Below, piece after piece: positions 10,026 through 20,616 of a DNA stretch of 64,000 nt (position 1 is the stretch's first letter; each line of letters opens with the position of its first letter). The stretch comes from Anaeromyxobacteraceae bacterium (GTDB taxonomy: Bacteria; Myxococcota; Myxococcia; Myxococcales; Anaeromyxobacteraceae). The notes under the pieces are model-generated. The model was not told where the DNA came from and searched no databases. It saw nothing but the letters and a program-made list of their open reading frames with translations. Location of the stretch: positions 128,001-192,000 of the forward strand of contig JAULAX010000009.1 of assembly GCA_032654565.1 (NCBI GenBank), written 5' to 3'. The translations under genes were made by a program, and so were the position numbers.

Positions 10026-10140
10026 GGCCTTTCAGAGTAGCGTCCCGCTCGCCGGCCCGGCAAGGTCGGCGCCGGATTCGATACCGCCCGGTTGAGCCGG
10101 GGGCGGCCCCGGGGTAAGAAAATCCAGACGGAGGGCCCCT

Positions 10141-11289
10141 TTGCTCAAGTGCAAGTCCTGTGGTGGCGAGCTCGACCTGACCATGAGCGCCTGCCCCGCC
10201 TGCGGCGCCGAGGTGGAGCTGGGCCGGCTCACCGGCATCCTCGGGATCGTCTGCCGGGCCTGCGACGCCTACAACGAGCCGGGGGCCCGCGCCTGCGCCT
10301 CCTGCGGCGCCGCCATCGGCGAGCCCCCCGGCCCCATCCAGACCCCACCCTTCACCGCCGCGGTGGTCCCGCCCCGCCCGGTGACGCCGGCCCTGACCCC
10401 GGCCGCCCTCACCCCCCGCCCCGCCTCCACCACCCCCACCTCCCCGCCGGCGGTCCCCGGCCAGCCGGTGCTGCGGGCCTTCCAGCGCGGCGCCGCCGCG
10501 GCCACCCGGGTGGTCCCGCTGGTCCCCTCCCAGTCGCAGCCCGGGAACCAGCTCCCCACCGTGCCGCCGGCCGCCGTCGCCCCGCCCCGGGCCGCCATCC
10601 CCCCCCGGGCCGCCCCGGCCGCCGGGCCGCTCATCCCCGGGCGGGCCACGCTGGTCCTGGAGCGCGGCGAGGGGCTCGACGGCGCCTCGTTCCAGCTCAA
10701 CCGGGAGGTGGTGGGGGCGGGGCGGACGCAGGGAGCGGTCATCTTCCCCGACGATCCCTGCCTGGGACCGCTCCACGCCACCTTCTTCTACCGGGGGGGC
10801 TCGCTCCACCTGCGCGACGAGGGGGCGCCCGGGGGCACCTACCTGCGGCTGCGCGGCCCCTCGGTGCCGCTCCGCGCCGGCGACCTCTTCGCCGTCGGCG
10901 ACCGGCTGCTCCGCTTCGCCGGGCCGCTGCCCGCCGCCCCGCCCGGCCCGCCCGACGGCACCCGGCGGCTCGGGGCCCCCCGCCCGCCCACGCCCACGGT
11001 GGTCATCGAGGAGCTGCTCGAGGGCGGCGCCACCGGCCGGGTCTACGTGCGCGGCGGCGGCTCGGTCACCATCGGCCGCTCCGGCTGCGCCGTGAACCTG
11101 GGGGATGACCCCTACCTCTCGCAGGCCCACGCCGAGCTGGTGATCGACTCGGCCGGCGGCGCCCGGCTCAAGGACCTCGGTTCGTCGAACGGCACCTTCG
11201 TCCGGGTCCCTCCCCACGCCGAGCGCGAGCTGCACGACGGCGACTGGATCCGACTGGGGCGCGAGGTGCTGCGGGTCCAGGTCGACTGA
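10141..11289 (+). CDS. Double Zn-ribbon plus tandem FHA protein
   Basis: Four CxxC; second FHA has IGR..SQAHA..GSSNGT; first FHA is degenerate. Confidence 0.88.
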   Translation: MLKCKSCGGELDLTMSACPACGAEVELGRLTGILGIVCRACDAYNEPGARACASCGAAIGEPPGPIQTPPFTAAVVPPRPVTPALTPAALTPRPASTTPTSPPAVPGQPVLRAFQRGAAAATRVVPLVPSQSQPGNQLPTVPPAAVAPPRAAIPPRAAPAAGPLIPGRATLVLERGEGLDGASFQLNREVVGAGRTQGAVIFPDDPCLGPLHATFFYRGGSLHLRDEGAPGGTYLRLRGPSVPLRAGDLFAVGDRLLRFAGPLPAAPPGPPDGTRRLGAPRPPTPTVVIEELLEGGATGRVYVRGGGSVTIGRSGCAVNLGDDPYLSQAHAELVIDSAGGARLKDLGSSNGTFVRVPPHAERELHDGDWIRLGREVLRVQVD

Positions 11290-11338
11290 CGCCCGCCCCG
11301 GGCCTCGCGCCTGGGACCGGGCCTCTGGGGAGCTCACC

Positions 11339-11644
11339 ATGGCCATCGCCTTCCTCACCATCACGCCGCTCGGCACCGCCACCCCCAGCGTCTCGCGCTT
11401 CGTGGCCGGCGTGGAGGAGATCCTGCGCGGCACCACGCTCACCCACCAGCTCACCGCCATGGGGACCATCATCGAGGGCGATCTCGACGAGATCCTCGCG
11501 GTGGTGCGCCGCATGCACGAGCACCCCTTCACCCAGGGGGCGCAGCGTGTCTCCACCTCGCTGCGCATCGACGACCGGCGCGACAAGCAGGCCACCATCG
11601 CCGGCAAGATGCGCTCGGTGGAGGAGAAGCTGAAGCCGGGCTGA
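11339..11644 (+). CDS. MTH1187-family thiamine-binding protein
   Basis: PLGT..SVSRFVA, LTAMGTIIEGD, RVSTSLRIDDRRDK. Confidence 0.9.
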   Translation: MAIAFLTITPLGTATPSVSRFVAGVEEILRGTTLTHQLTAMGTIIEGDLDEILAVVRRMHEHPFTQGAQRVSTSLRIDDRRDKQATIAGKMRSVEEKLKPG

Positions 11645-11673
11645 GCCGGTCCCGGGGCCGCCGCCCGGACCAG

Positions 11674-12525
11674 CTACCGGAGGTGGTCCTTCGCCAGCAC
11701 GGTCCAGTCGCTGCGGGCCTCCCCGCGCGCCAGCGCGGCGTCCATGGCCGCGGCGATGGCGGGGATGAGCGTGAGCGCCACGCCGCCGGCGTCGGCCGCC
11801 TCCAGCATCAGCCGCGCGTCCTTGCGGGCCATGGCCAGCTCCCAGGACGGGTGGCTCCAGTCGGCGGCCAGGATGCGCTTCACCCGCTGCGGCACCGCCG
11901 CCCCCGGGTTGAAGAGGTCGAAGAGCGCCCCCGCCTCGGCCGGAGGGATCCCCTCCGCCTTGCCGAGCGCCAGCGCGTCGATGAGGCCGGTGGTCATGGC
12001 CATGAGGAAGAGGTTGCCGACCAGCTTCAGGCCGGCCGCCCGCTCCTCCTGCGGCCCCACCCAGGTGAGCGTGCCGGTCATCTTCCCCAGCGCCGGGGCC
12101 AGCCCGTCGAAGCGCCCCCGGTCGCCGGAGGCGAGCATCAGGCCGGTCCCCTCCAGCGCGTTGACCGGCCCCATGAAGACCGGCGCGTGCTGGAAGGCGA
12201 CGCCGCGCCCGCTCCAGCGGGCGGCGCGGGCGGCGGTCCCGGCCGGCGAGGTGGTGGTGTGGTCGACGAGGACGGCGCCGGGGGCGAGCCCGGGGAGCGC
12301 CTGCTCCAGCACCTGGTCCACCGCGGCGTCGTCGGAGAGGGCGAGGTGGACACGGGCGGCGCCGCGCACCGCCGCGGCCGGCGAGTCGCAGGCCAGCGCG
12401 CCGTCGGCGACGAGGGCCCGCGCCTTCTCCGGCGTCCGGTTCCAGGCCTGCACCGCCTCGCCGCGCCGCCGCAGCGCGCGGACGAAGTTGCCGCCGAGCA
12501 GGCCGGTTCCGAGGAAGGCGATCAT
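11674..12525 (-). CDS. NAD(P)-dependent beta-hydroxyacid dehydrogenase family oxidoreductase
   Basis: IAFLGTGLLG, WNRT, APVFMG, KLVGN, KDARL. Confidence 0.88.
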   Translation of the reverse strand: MIAFLGTGLLGGNFVRALRRRGEAVQAWNRTPEKARALVADGALACDSPAAAVRGAARVHLALSDDAAVDQVLEQALPGLAPGAVLVDHTTTSPAGTAARAARWSGRGVAFQHAPVFMGPVNALEGTGLMLASGDRGRFDGLAPALGKMTGTLTWVGPQEERAAGLKLVGNLFLMAMTTGLIDALALGKAEGIPPAEAGALFDLFNPGAAVPQRVKRILAADWSHPSWELAMARKDARLMLEAADAGGVALTLIPAIAAAMDAALARGEARSDWTVLAKDHLR

Positions 12526-12539
12526 GGTGGGCTCCGCCG

Positions 12540-14204
<1,665 letters not shown>

Positions 14205-14269
14205 GGCGGGACATCCTACACCGCGGCCGGTCCGTTGACCGCACCGGCCGGTCGTGGCGAGATGGGGGG

Positions 14270-15199
14270 ATGGCCAGGCCGGTGAAGTGCCCCCGCTGCT
14301 CGCGGGACAACGACGCGTCGTTCGCCTTCTGCCTCGACTGCGGCCAGGCCATGCGCCCGGCCGGCGCCGAGTCGGCGGCGCGCCACTGCGTCGGCTGCGG
14401 CGCCGCGCTCCAGCCCGGCTTCAAGTTCTGCGCCCACTGCGGCCGGGCCGCCGCGGCCGCCGGCCAGGCCGCCGCCGGCCCGCCGGTGGCCCCGCGCCCC
14501 CAGCCCTCCCGCCCCCAGGTCCCGGCCACCACCTCCGGCACCTCGCTGCAGGTCACGGTGATCGAGTCGGCGCCCCGCCTCTGCGCCGTCCGCCACGACG
14601 GCCTGCCCGGCCTGGTGCTGGAGCTGCAGCACGAGGAGACCCTGTGCGGCCGGACCGAGGGGGAGCTGCGGCTGGCCGACGACCCGACCGTCTCGCCGCG
14701 CCACGCCCGCTTCGTCCGCCACGGGCGGCAGGTGCGGGTCGAGGACCTGGGGAGCGTCAACGGCACCTACCTGCGGCTGCGCGGGACCCACCGGGTCTCG
14801 GTGGGCGAGGAGCTGCGCATCGGCCGGCAGCTGGTGCGGCTGGAGCCCCTGCCCCGCCCCGCCCCGGCCGCCGAGCGCGACGGCCGGCCCTGGGGCTCGA
14901 CCGACGCGGGCGCCACCCTGCGGCTGGCCCAGCTGCTCGACGGCGGCGGGGTGGCCGAGGTCTTCCCCCTGCGCCCCGGCGAGAACACGGTGGGGCGCGA
15001 CGCCGGCGACGTCACCTTCCCGGGGGACCGCTACGTCTCGGCCCGCCACGCCATCCTCCGGGTGGAGCCGGGGGGCGTGACCATCACCGACCTGGGCAGC
15101 TCCAACGGGAGCTTCGTCAAGGTGGTGGGGACGGCGGAGCTGGCGCCCGGCGACCAGCTGCTGCTGGGATCCCAGCTCTTCCGGCTCGACGCCTCCTGA
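14270..15199 (+). CDS. Double Zn-ribbon plus tandem FHA protein
   Basis: Four CxxC; two intact FHA (GR..SPRHA..GSVNGT and GR..SARHA..GSSNGS). Confidence 0.9.
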   Translation: MARPVKCPRCSRDNDASFAFCLDCGQAMRPAGAESAARHCVGCGAALQPGFKFCAHCGRAAAAAGQAAAGPPVAPRPQPSRPQVPATTSGTSLQVTVIESAPRLCAVRHDGLPGLVLELQHEETLCGRTEGELRLADDPTVSPRHARFVRHGRQVRVEDLGSVNGTYLRLRGTHRVSVGEELRIGRQLVRLEPLPRPAPAAERDGRPWGSTDAGATLRLAQLLDGGGVAEVFPLRPGENTVGRDAGDVTFPGDRYVSARHAILRVEPGGVTITDLGSSNGSFVKVVGTAELAPGDQLLLGSQLFRLDAS

Positions 15200-15253
15200 G
15201 GCGCCGTCGCCGCGACCTGGCCGCCCCTTCTGCCCGGGGGCGGGCGCGGCGAG

Positions 15254-15616
15254 CTACCCGAAGGACTTCTCCTTCTGCTCCTGCTCTTCCTTGCAGCGGA
15301 TGCAGAGGGTGGTGACGGGGCGGGCCTCGAGCCGCTTGGCCGAGATCTCCTCCTCGCACTTCTCGCAGATGCCGAAGGTCCCGGTGTCGACCCGGGCCAG
15401 CGCCTTCTCGATCTTGGAGAGCAGGAACTTCTCCCGGTCGCGCAGCCGGAAGATCATCGACTGGGTGTATTCGCTCGAGGCCTGGTCGATCTCGTCGGGC
15501 AGGTCGTCGGTGTCGAAGCTGGCCTCCTCGGACAAGGTCTTCTTGGCCGACGCCAGGAGCTGGCGCTTCGACTCCTCGAGCATCGTCTTGAACCGCTTCA
15601 GGTCCTTCTTGTTCAA
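15254..15616 (-). CDS. dksA: DksA/TraR C4 zinc-finger RNA polymerase regulator
   Basis: DEIDQA (DxxDxA) tip, CEKC..RLEARP..CIRC; TTG start with GGAGG SD. Confidence 0.9.
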   Translation of the reverse strand: MNKKDLKRFKTMLEESKRQLLASAKKTLSEEASFDTDDLPDEIDQASSEYTQSMIFRLRDREKFLLSKIEKALARVDTGTFGICEKCEEEISAKRLEARPVTTLCIRCKEEQEQKEKSFG

Positions 15617-15663
15617 GCGAATTCCTCCAACCCGTGCCCCCCCGGGGGCTCGAAAGACCCGTG

Positions 15664-15692
15664 AACCTAGACGCCGAGGGCAGGCGTGTCAA
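15664..15692 (-). promoter_or_regulatory. sigma70-type promoter for dksA
   Basis: TTGACA-N17-TAGGTT on the minus strand. Confidence 0.7.
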
Positions 15693-15720
15693 GGCAAGCC
15701 GGACGGCCTCGGCGGTGGTT

Positions 15721-15749
15721 TTGACTCCCCCTCCGGGCGCGTCGATACT
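15721..15749 (+). promoter_or_regulatory. sigma70-type promoter for the diadenylate cyclase gene; likely leaderless transcript
   Basis: TTGACT-N17-GATACT, then 6 nt to ATG, no SD. Confidence 0.7.
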
Positions 15750-15755
15750 GGCCCC

Positions 15756-16640
15756 ATGTCGGACGGACGATTCGACCGTGAGTTCTTGAAGTCGGCGCTG
15801 GCCCTCTCCACCCGCTCCGAGGTGGATCGCCTGCTGCTGGTCTCCGACGCCCCGCTCTCGCCCAACGACATCCGCGGCCGCCCCATCAAGAAGAAGCTGG
15901 TCTACGCCGTCACCAGCGACGGCCTGGCCCACCAGCTCCGCTCCCGCAAGTACCTGGCGGTGGTCATTCCGCCCTACGACTACACCCGGGTGGAGAAGAT
16001 CAAGGTGGCCATCGTGGCCGCCCAGTCGGCCGGGCTGGTCCGCGACGGCGACACCGTGCTGGCCTGCTGCGGCCCCGGCGACGACAAGACCGCCGACACC
16101 ATGATCAAGGTGGTGATCGGCGGCGAGGATCCCGAGGAGAAGATCCGGGTCGACACCCTGGGCCTGCCCTCGGGCTTCTCCACCCAGGTGATCGAGGGGC
16201 TGATCCACACCGCCATGGAGATCGGCGCCGAGGGCTACGAGGGGCACGCCATCGGCACCATCATCGTGGTCGGCGACTCCACCAGGGTGATGGAGAAGAG
16301 CCGGCAGCTGACGCTCAACCCCTTCCAGGGGATCAGCGAGGCCGACCGCAACTCGCTCGACCCGCCCATCCGCGAGGCGGTCAAGACCTTCTCCGCCCTC
16401 GACGGCGCCTTCATCATCCGCGAGGACGGGGTGGTGCTGGCGGCCGGCCGCTACCTGCTCTCCATGAGCCGCGACGTGACGCTGCCGCTCGGCCTGGGGG
16501 CGCGCCACTCGGCGGCCGCCTCGATGACCAGCGACACCAAGGCCATCGCCATCACCGTCTCACAGACCAGCGGCGCCGTCCGCGTCTTCCGCGAGGGCTC
16601 CATCGTCCTGGAGCTGCGCCAGCGCATCCGCCGGGTATAG
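15756..16640 (+). CDS. Diadenylate cyclase (DisA_N/DAC domain, DacZ-like architecture)
   Basis: LDGAFII and GLGARHSAAA DAC motifs, VSQTSG; N-terminal domain resembles PK_C (GLVRDGDTV); start refined to MSDGRF. Confidence 0.85.
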   Translation: MSDGRFDREFLKSALALSTRSEVDRLLLVSDAPLSPNDIRGRPIKKKLVYAVTSDGLAHQLRSRKYLAVVIPPYDYTRVEKIKVAIVAAQSAGLVRDGDTVLACCGPGDDKTADTMIKVVIGGEDPEEKIRVDTLGLPSGFSTQVIEGLIHTAMEIGAEGYEGHAIGTIIVVGDSTRVMEKSRQLTLNPFQGISEADRNSLDPPIREAVKTFSALDGAFIIREDGVVLAAGRYLLSMSRDVTLPLGLGARHSAAASMTSDTKAIAITVSQTSGAVRVFREGSIVLELRQRIRRV

Positions 16641-16816
16641 TGCCCCGACCCAGGCGAGATGACGTGACGAGAGAGCCGAGACCGAAGCGAGGCTGGCGCC
16701 CGAGGAGGGAGCAGCAGAAGCGTAGTGGATCTACGCTGAGCAGCGGACCGACGAGGCCGCCTGCCGCAGCGAGAGGATCGGCTCTCGCAGTAGGCATCTT
16801 GCCTGGGTCGGGGCAC
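16640..16816. mobile_element. Non-autonomous MITE, 177 bp, TA-flanked (IS630/Tc1-mariner-like)
   Basis: TA|GTGCCCCGACCCAGGCGAGATG ... CATCTTGCCTGGGTCGGGGCAC|TA: 22-bp inverted repeats with one mismatch; no ORF. Confidence 0.75.
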
Positions 16817-16826
16817 TAGGACCGCC

Positions 16827-18314
16827 ATGCCCCCCCGGCTCACCCCGGCCCGCGCCGCGCTGCTGCTGGTGGGCGCCTCGCTGCTGCTCCACGTCGGCTA
16901 CGCCGGCCTGGTCCCGCTCTCCCCGCAGGAGGCCTACTACTGGTCCTGGGGCCGCCGCCTCGCCCTCTCCTACTTCGACCACCCGCCGCTGGCGGCCTGG
17001 ACCATCCGCGGCTTCACCCAGCTCCTCGGCGACGGGGAGCGGGCCATCCGCCTGGCCGCCGCCTTCCACTCCGGCCTCTTCTTCCTCTTCCTCTTCCTGA
17101 CCGGGCGGCGGCTCTTCGGGGAGCGGGCGGCGCTGCTGGCCACCGCCTTCGGCCTGCTCGCCCCCATCACCTCGCTCGGCCAGGTGGTGATCACCCCGGA
17201 CGGCCCGCTGCTCTCCGGCTGGGCCGCCTGCCTCTACTTCACGGTGCGGGCGCTCGACGAGGAGGACGGCCGCTGGCTGCTGGCCGCCGGGCTGGCCACC
17301 GGGCTGGCCGCGCTCGGCAAGTACACCGCCTTCATGCTGGTGCCGCAGCTCGGCCTGGCCCTGCTGCTCGACCCGAGGGGCCGCCGGCTGCTGGCCTCCC
17401 CCTGGCCCTGGCTGGGGCTGCTGCTGGCCGGGCTGGTCTTCTCGCCGGTGCTGCTCTGGAACGCCGACCGCCGCTTCGTCAGCTTCCTCTTCCAGTCGGG
17501 GGGGCGGACCAGCACCTTCGCGTTCAACCCGGTGCTGGTGGGGCGCTTCGTCGGCCTGCAGGCGCTCAGCGTCTCGCCGCTGCTCTGGCTGGCGGTGATG
17601 GGGGCGCCGTTCCTGGCGGCGCGCCGCTGGCGCGAGCCGCGGTGGCGGGTGGCGGCCCTCTTCTCGCTGCCGCTGGTGCTGCTGATGCTGGCCATCTCCC
17701 CGTTCCACTGGGTGAAGATGAACTGGGGCGCGCCGGCCTACCCGGCGGCGCTGCTGGCCGTGTCGGCGCTCGCGCTGGAGGGGTGGGGGCGTCCCTGGGT
17801 GCGCCGCTTCACCTGGTCGGCGGGGGCGCTGGCGGCCCTCTTCAGCCTCTACACCCACCTGATGCCGCTCTGGCCGGCGCTCCCCTTCCCGGCCCGCGAC
17901 GAGATGTTCGCCGGGTGGCGGCAGCTGGCCGACCGCGTCGACGCCGAGCGGCGGGCCATGGGCGGCGACCCGCTGGTGGTCGGCTGCACCTACAAGCCGG
18001 CCGCCGAGCTGGCCTACTACCTGCCGGGCCGGCCGCAGACGCAGTCGGCCGGCGTCTTCGGCCAGAACGGGCTGCAGTTCGACGAGTGGCTCGACCCGGC
18101 CGCGGTGCGCGGGAAGGCCCTGCTGATCGTCGTCGACCCGCGCGAGCGGCGGACCTGCCTCGGGATGAAGCGGCTCTGCGCCACCCTCACCCGCCTCCCG
18201 CCGGAGCCGGTCTGGCGAGGCGCCGACAAGGTCACCGACTTCGAGCTCTCCCGGTGCCAGGTGCGCGACGACGCCGAGGTCCCGCTGCCGCGCTGGCGCA
18301 ACGGCACGCGCTGA
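16827..18314 (+). CDS. GT-C fold glycosyltransferase (ArnT/PMT_2, GT39/83-like)
   Basis: QEAYYWSW..LSYFDHPP, TPDGPL, GKYT; many TM helices. Confidence 0.88.
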   Translation: MPPRLTPARAALLLVGASLLLHVGYAGLVPLSPQEAYYWSWGRRLALSYFDHPPLAAWTIRGFTQLLGDGERAIRLAAAFHSGLFFLFLFLTGRRLFGERAALLATAFGLLAPITSLGQVVITPDGPLLSGWAACLYFTVRALDEEDGRWLLAAGLATGLAALGKYTAFMLVPQLGLALLLDPRGRRLLASPWPWLGLLLAGLVFSPVLLWNADRRFVSFLFQSGGRTSTFAFNPVLVGRFVGLQALSVSPLLWLAVMGAPFLAARRWREPRWRVAALFSLPLVLLMLAISPFHWVKMNWGAPAYPAALLAVSALALEGWGRPWVRRFTWSAGALAALFSLYTHLMPLWPALPFPARDEMFAGWRQLADRVDAERRAMGGDPLVVGCTYKPAAELAYYLPGRPQTQSAGVFGQNGLQFDEWLDPAAVRGKALLIVVDPRERRTCLGMKRLCATLTRLPPEPVWRGADKVTDFELSRCQVRDDAEVPLPRWRNGTR

Positions 18315-19320
18315 CCAGCGGGCAGGCGGCGCAGTGGGCCGGGGTGAGGCGCGGCGGGCAGGCGCCGCTCATCCCCAGGTGGCAGAGGGCGAAGTCGTGC
18401 CGGACCGGGTCGGCGGGGTCGACCAGCCGCAGGGCCGCGGTGATCTCCTCGGCGGTGCGCCAGCCGGCGTCGGCGCGGCGGGTGAGGCCGAGCCGGCGCG
18501 CCACCCGGTGGACGTGGGTGTCGAGCGGCATGAGCAGCGCCGCCGGCGGCACCCCGGGCCAGGCGCCAAGGTCCACCGGGCCGGGGCCGCGCACCATCCA
18601 GCGCAGGTAGAGGTTCCAGCGCTTGGCGGCGCCCGGGCCGGCGGCGTCGGGGAGCAGGTGGCGCAGGCCGCGCCCGCCCCGGCCGCGCAGCAGGGCGGCG
18701 ACCGGCGGGGCCTGGCGCAGCTCGGCGGCGAAGGCGGCCAGGGCGGGGCGCAGGGCGGACGGACCGCCGCCGGCCTCGGCGAAGAGCGCGGCGAAGCGGG
18801 CGCCGAGCGAGCCGTGGCGGAGGCGCAGCGCGCCGATGGCGGCCAGCAGCGCGGCCAGGTCGGCCGGCTGGTTGAAGCGGTAGCGGAACCAGGCGAAGCG
18901 GGCGAGGAGCCGGGCCCGGGGCCCGTCGGCCGACAGGCCTGCCTCCGCGGCGCCTGTCCACGCCGCCAGCCCAGCCGCGATGTCGTCCACAGCCGCGGCC
19001 GGCGACGGGCCGAGCTGTTCGAGCAGCCGGACCAGGATGGGCTTGAAGAGGTCGGCCCGGCCGTAGGCGAGGCAGGCGGCCAGCAGCCCGGCCACCTCCT
19101 GGTCGAGGGCGGCGGCGTAGCGGCGCGGCAGCTCCACCGGGTCGGCGGCCAGCCGGGCGGTGCGGTCGAGCGTGGCGTCGAGCCGGAGCAGCAGCGGGGC
19201 CAGCGTCGCCGCCTCGACGGCGGTGAAGGGGCGGCGCGTCGCCGGAGCGAGGCGGCGTCTCGTGCTGGGCTTCACGGTGCTGGGCTTCACGGTGCTGGGC
19301 TTCACGGTGCGGGGCTTCAT
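18232..19320 (-). CDS. TIGR02757/DUF2400 family protein (HhH-like)
   Basis: DPVELP, LAYGR, KRWNLYLRWMVR, PLDTHVHR, DPVRHDFALCHLG; start uncertain. Confidence 0.88.
   Translation of the reverse strand: MKPRTVKPSTVKPSTVKPSTRRRLAPATRRPFTAVEAATLAPLLLRLDATLDRTARLAADPVELPRRYAAALDQEVAGLLAACLAYGRADLFKPILVRLLEQLGPSPAAAVDDIAAGLAAWTGAAEAGLSADGPRARLLARFAWFRYRFNQPADLAALLAAIGALRLRHGSLGARFAALFAEAGGGPSALRPALAAFAAELRQAPPVAALLRGRGGRGLRHLLPDAAGPGAAKRWNLYLRWMVRGPGPVDLGAWPGVPPAALLMPLDTHVHRVARRLGLTRRADAGWRTAEEITAALRLVDPADPVRHDFALCHLGMSGACPPRLTPAHCAACPLVSACRCASAAAGPRRRRAPGTGRARSR
19262..19320. repeat. 15-bp tandem repeat, about 4 copies (VKPST)
   Basis: gtgctgggcttcacg x3 plus one variant. Confidence 0.9.
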
Positions 19321-19377
19321 GGCGGCGGCCGACGGTTCATCGCCACTTCCGCGAGGTGAGGCTCTTCGAGCATCCCT

Positions 19378-19899
19378 TCACCGGGGCGTCGACGCGGCGT
19401 CCTTGCGCAGCTCGCGCAGCAGGTGGCCGGCCTCCGGGGCGATCAGCTTCTCCCACGCCAGGCGGACCGCGGCGCTGGAGCCCGGGACCGAGAAGATCAC
19501 CCGGCCCTCCCAGACGCCGGCCACGGCGCGGGAGAGCATGGCGGCGCTGCCGATCTCGGCGAAGGAGAGCATGCGGAAGAGCTCGCCGAAGCCGTCGAGC
19601 CGCTTCTCCAGCAGGCCGGCCACCGCCTCGTAGGTCCGGTCGCGGGCGGCCACGCCGGTGCCGCCGTTGACCACCACCACCTCGGCCCCGGCGGCGGCGG
19701 CGGCGGCCAGCGCGGCCCGGATGGCGGCCGGCTCGTCGGGCACCACGGCGTAGCTCGACAGGACGTGGCCGGCGGCGGCGATCTGCTCGCGCAGCCAGCG
19801 GCCGCTGCCGTCCTCGGCCTCGCCGCGGGTGTCGGAGGCGGTGAGGACGCCGAAGCGGACGGTGGCCGGGGCCTCGGCGCGGTGCTGGTGGTGGGACAT
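19378..19899 (-). CDS. moaB: Molybdenum cofactor biosynthesis protein, MoaB/MogA family
   Basis: LTASDTR..DGSG, VPDE, NGGTGVAARDRTYEA, GFGELFR, SRAVAG, PGS. Confidence 0.9.
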   Translation of the reverse strand: MSHHQHRAEAPATVRFGVLTASDTRGEAEDGSGRWLREQIAAAGHVLSSYAVVPDEPAAIRAALAAAAAAGAEVVVVNGGTGVAARDRTYEAVAGLLEKRLDGFGELFRMLSFAEIGSAAMLSRAVAGVWEGRVIFSVPGSSAAVRLAWEKLIAPEAGHLLRELRKDAASTPR

Positions 19900-20021
19900 G
19901 GGGGTGGGACGGTAACTCCGGGGGGAGGCGGGGGACAAGGGATGGGGGTGAACTGAGCTGGCGGAGCCAGCGCAGGAGGTGGTGGGGAGGCTGCGGTGCC
20001 CGGGCCGGGACGGCTGGGCTG

Positions 20022-20230
20022 CGGTGGCTTCGCAGCGCTGCCGACCGGCCGGCGAGAGGCGCAGCGAAGGGAGGGCAGGGGCGGGCGGTTCCGGTGGCTT
20101 CGCAAAGCTGCCGATCGGGCGGCGAGAGGCGTAGCGAAGGGAAGGCGGGGGCGGCCGCGGTTCCGGTGGCTTCGCAACGCTGCCGATCGGGCAGCGAGAG
20201 GCGCAGCGAGGGGAAGGCGGGGGCGTCCGG
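20022..20230. repeat. Non-coding ~70-bp direct repeat, 3 copies
   Basis: CGGTGGCTTCGCA..GCTGCCGA.CGG...GCGAGAGGCG.AGCGA.GGGA.GGC starts at 20022, 20092 and 20164. Confidence 0.9.
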
Positions 20231-20239
20231 CTCCGAGGG

Positions 20240-20292
20240 GGGTCTGAACCGGGTACCTGGGTGACAAACGAGACCGGGCACATAGGTGACAC
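20240..20292. mobile_element. Possible orphan IS481-family terminus
   Basis: Minus strand TGTCACCTATGTGCCCGGTCTCGTTTGTCACCCAGGTACCCGGTTCAGAC: two TGTCACC..G..CCCGG direct repeats resembling IS481 ends as recalled; no transposase. Confidence 0.45.
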
Positions 20293-20295
20293 ACG

Positions 20296-20463
20296 CTGGG
20301 TACGCGCCTGGAGGTGCCCCTGCTCTCTCGCTGACCTCGGCGGGCCGTTCGCCGGAGGCGACGCCGCACCATCTGCACCCGAACCTGGTCCCCCTTTCGC
20401 GAGTTCTGACGTCGGGACTCGCGAATGGGGGAGACCCGGGAGTCTTTTGGGTCACGCACCCAG
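20296..20463. ncRNA. Candidate structured RNA or IS-derived structured DNA, family unknown
   Basis: Terminal stem (minus strand CTGGGTGCGTG / CGCGTACCCAG) encloses a long hairpin TCCCCC.TTCGCGAGT..GAC GTC..ACTCGCGAA.GGGGGA (about 20389-20432). Confidence 0.35.
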
Positions 20464-20616
20464 AGTCATTTCGGGCGCCCGAAGCGGACGCAACGTAAAG
20501 CCATCCGCACGGCACGGGTCTCCTGCTCCGCAAGGCGCGCCGGTTCCGGTCGCCCCCGGAACTCTCGCCCCCCGGAACTTGTGACCGCCCCGCCCCCCGC
20601 TTAGGCTCGCCCGACC

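Noticed and set aside
20022..20230. Possible CRISPR array
   Set aside because: Units are near-identical along their whole length, with no unique spacers and no cas genes in the window.
19900..20463. Moco riboswitch upstream of moaB
   Set aside because: No recognisable consensus by eye, and moaB has its own -10-like hexamer 9 nt from the ATG. An Infernal search would be decisive.
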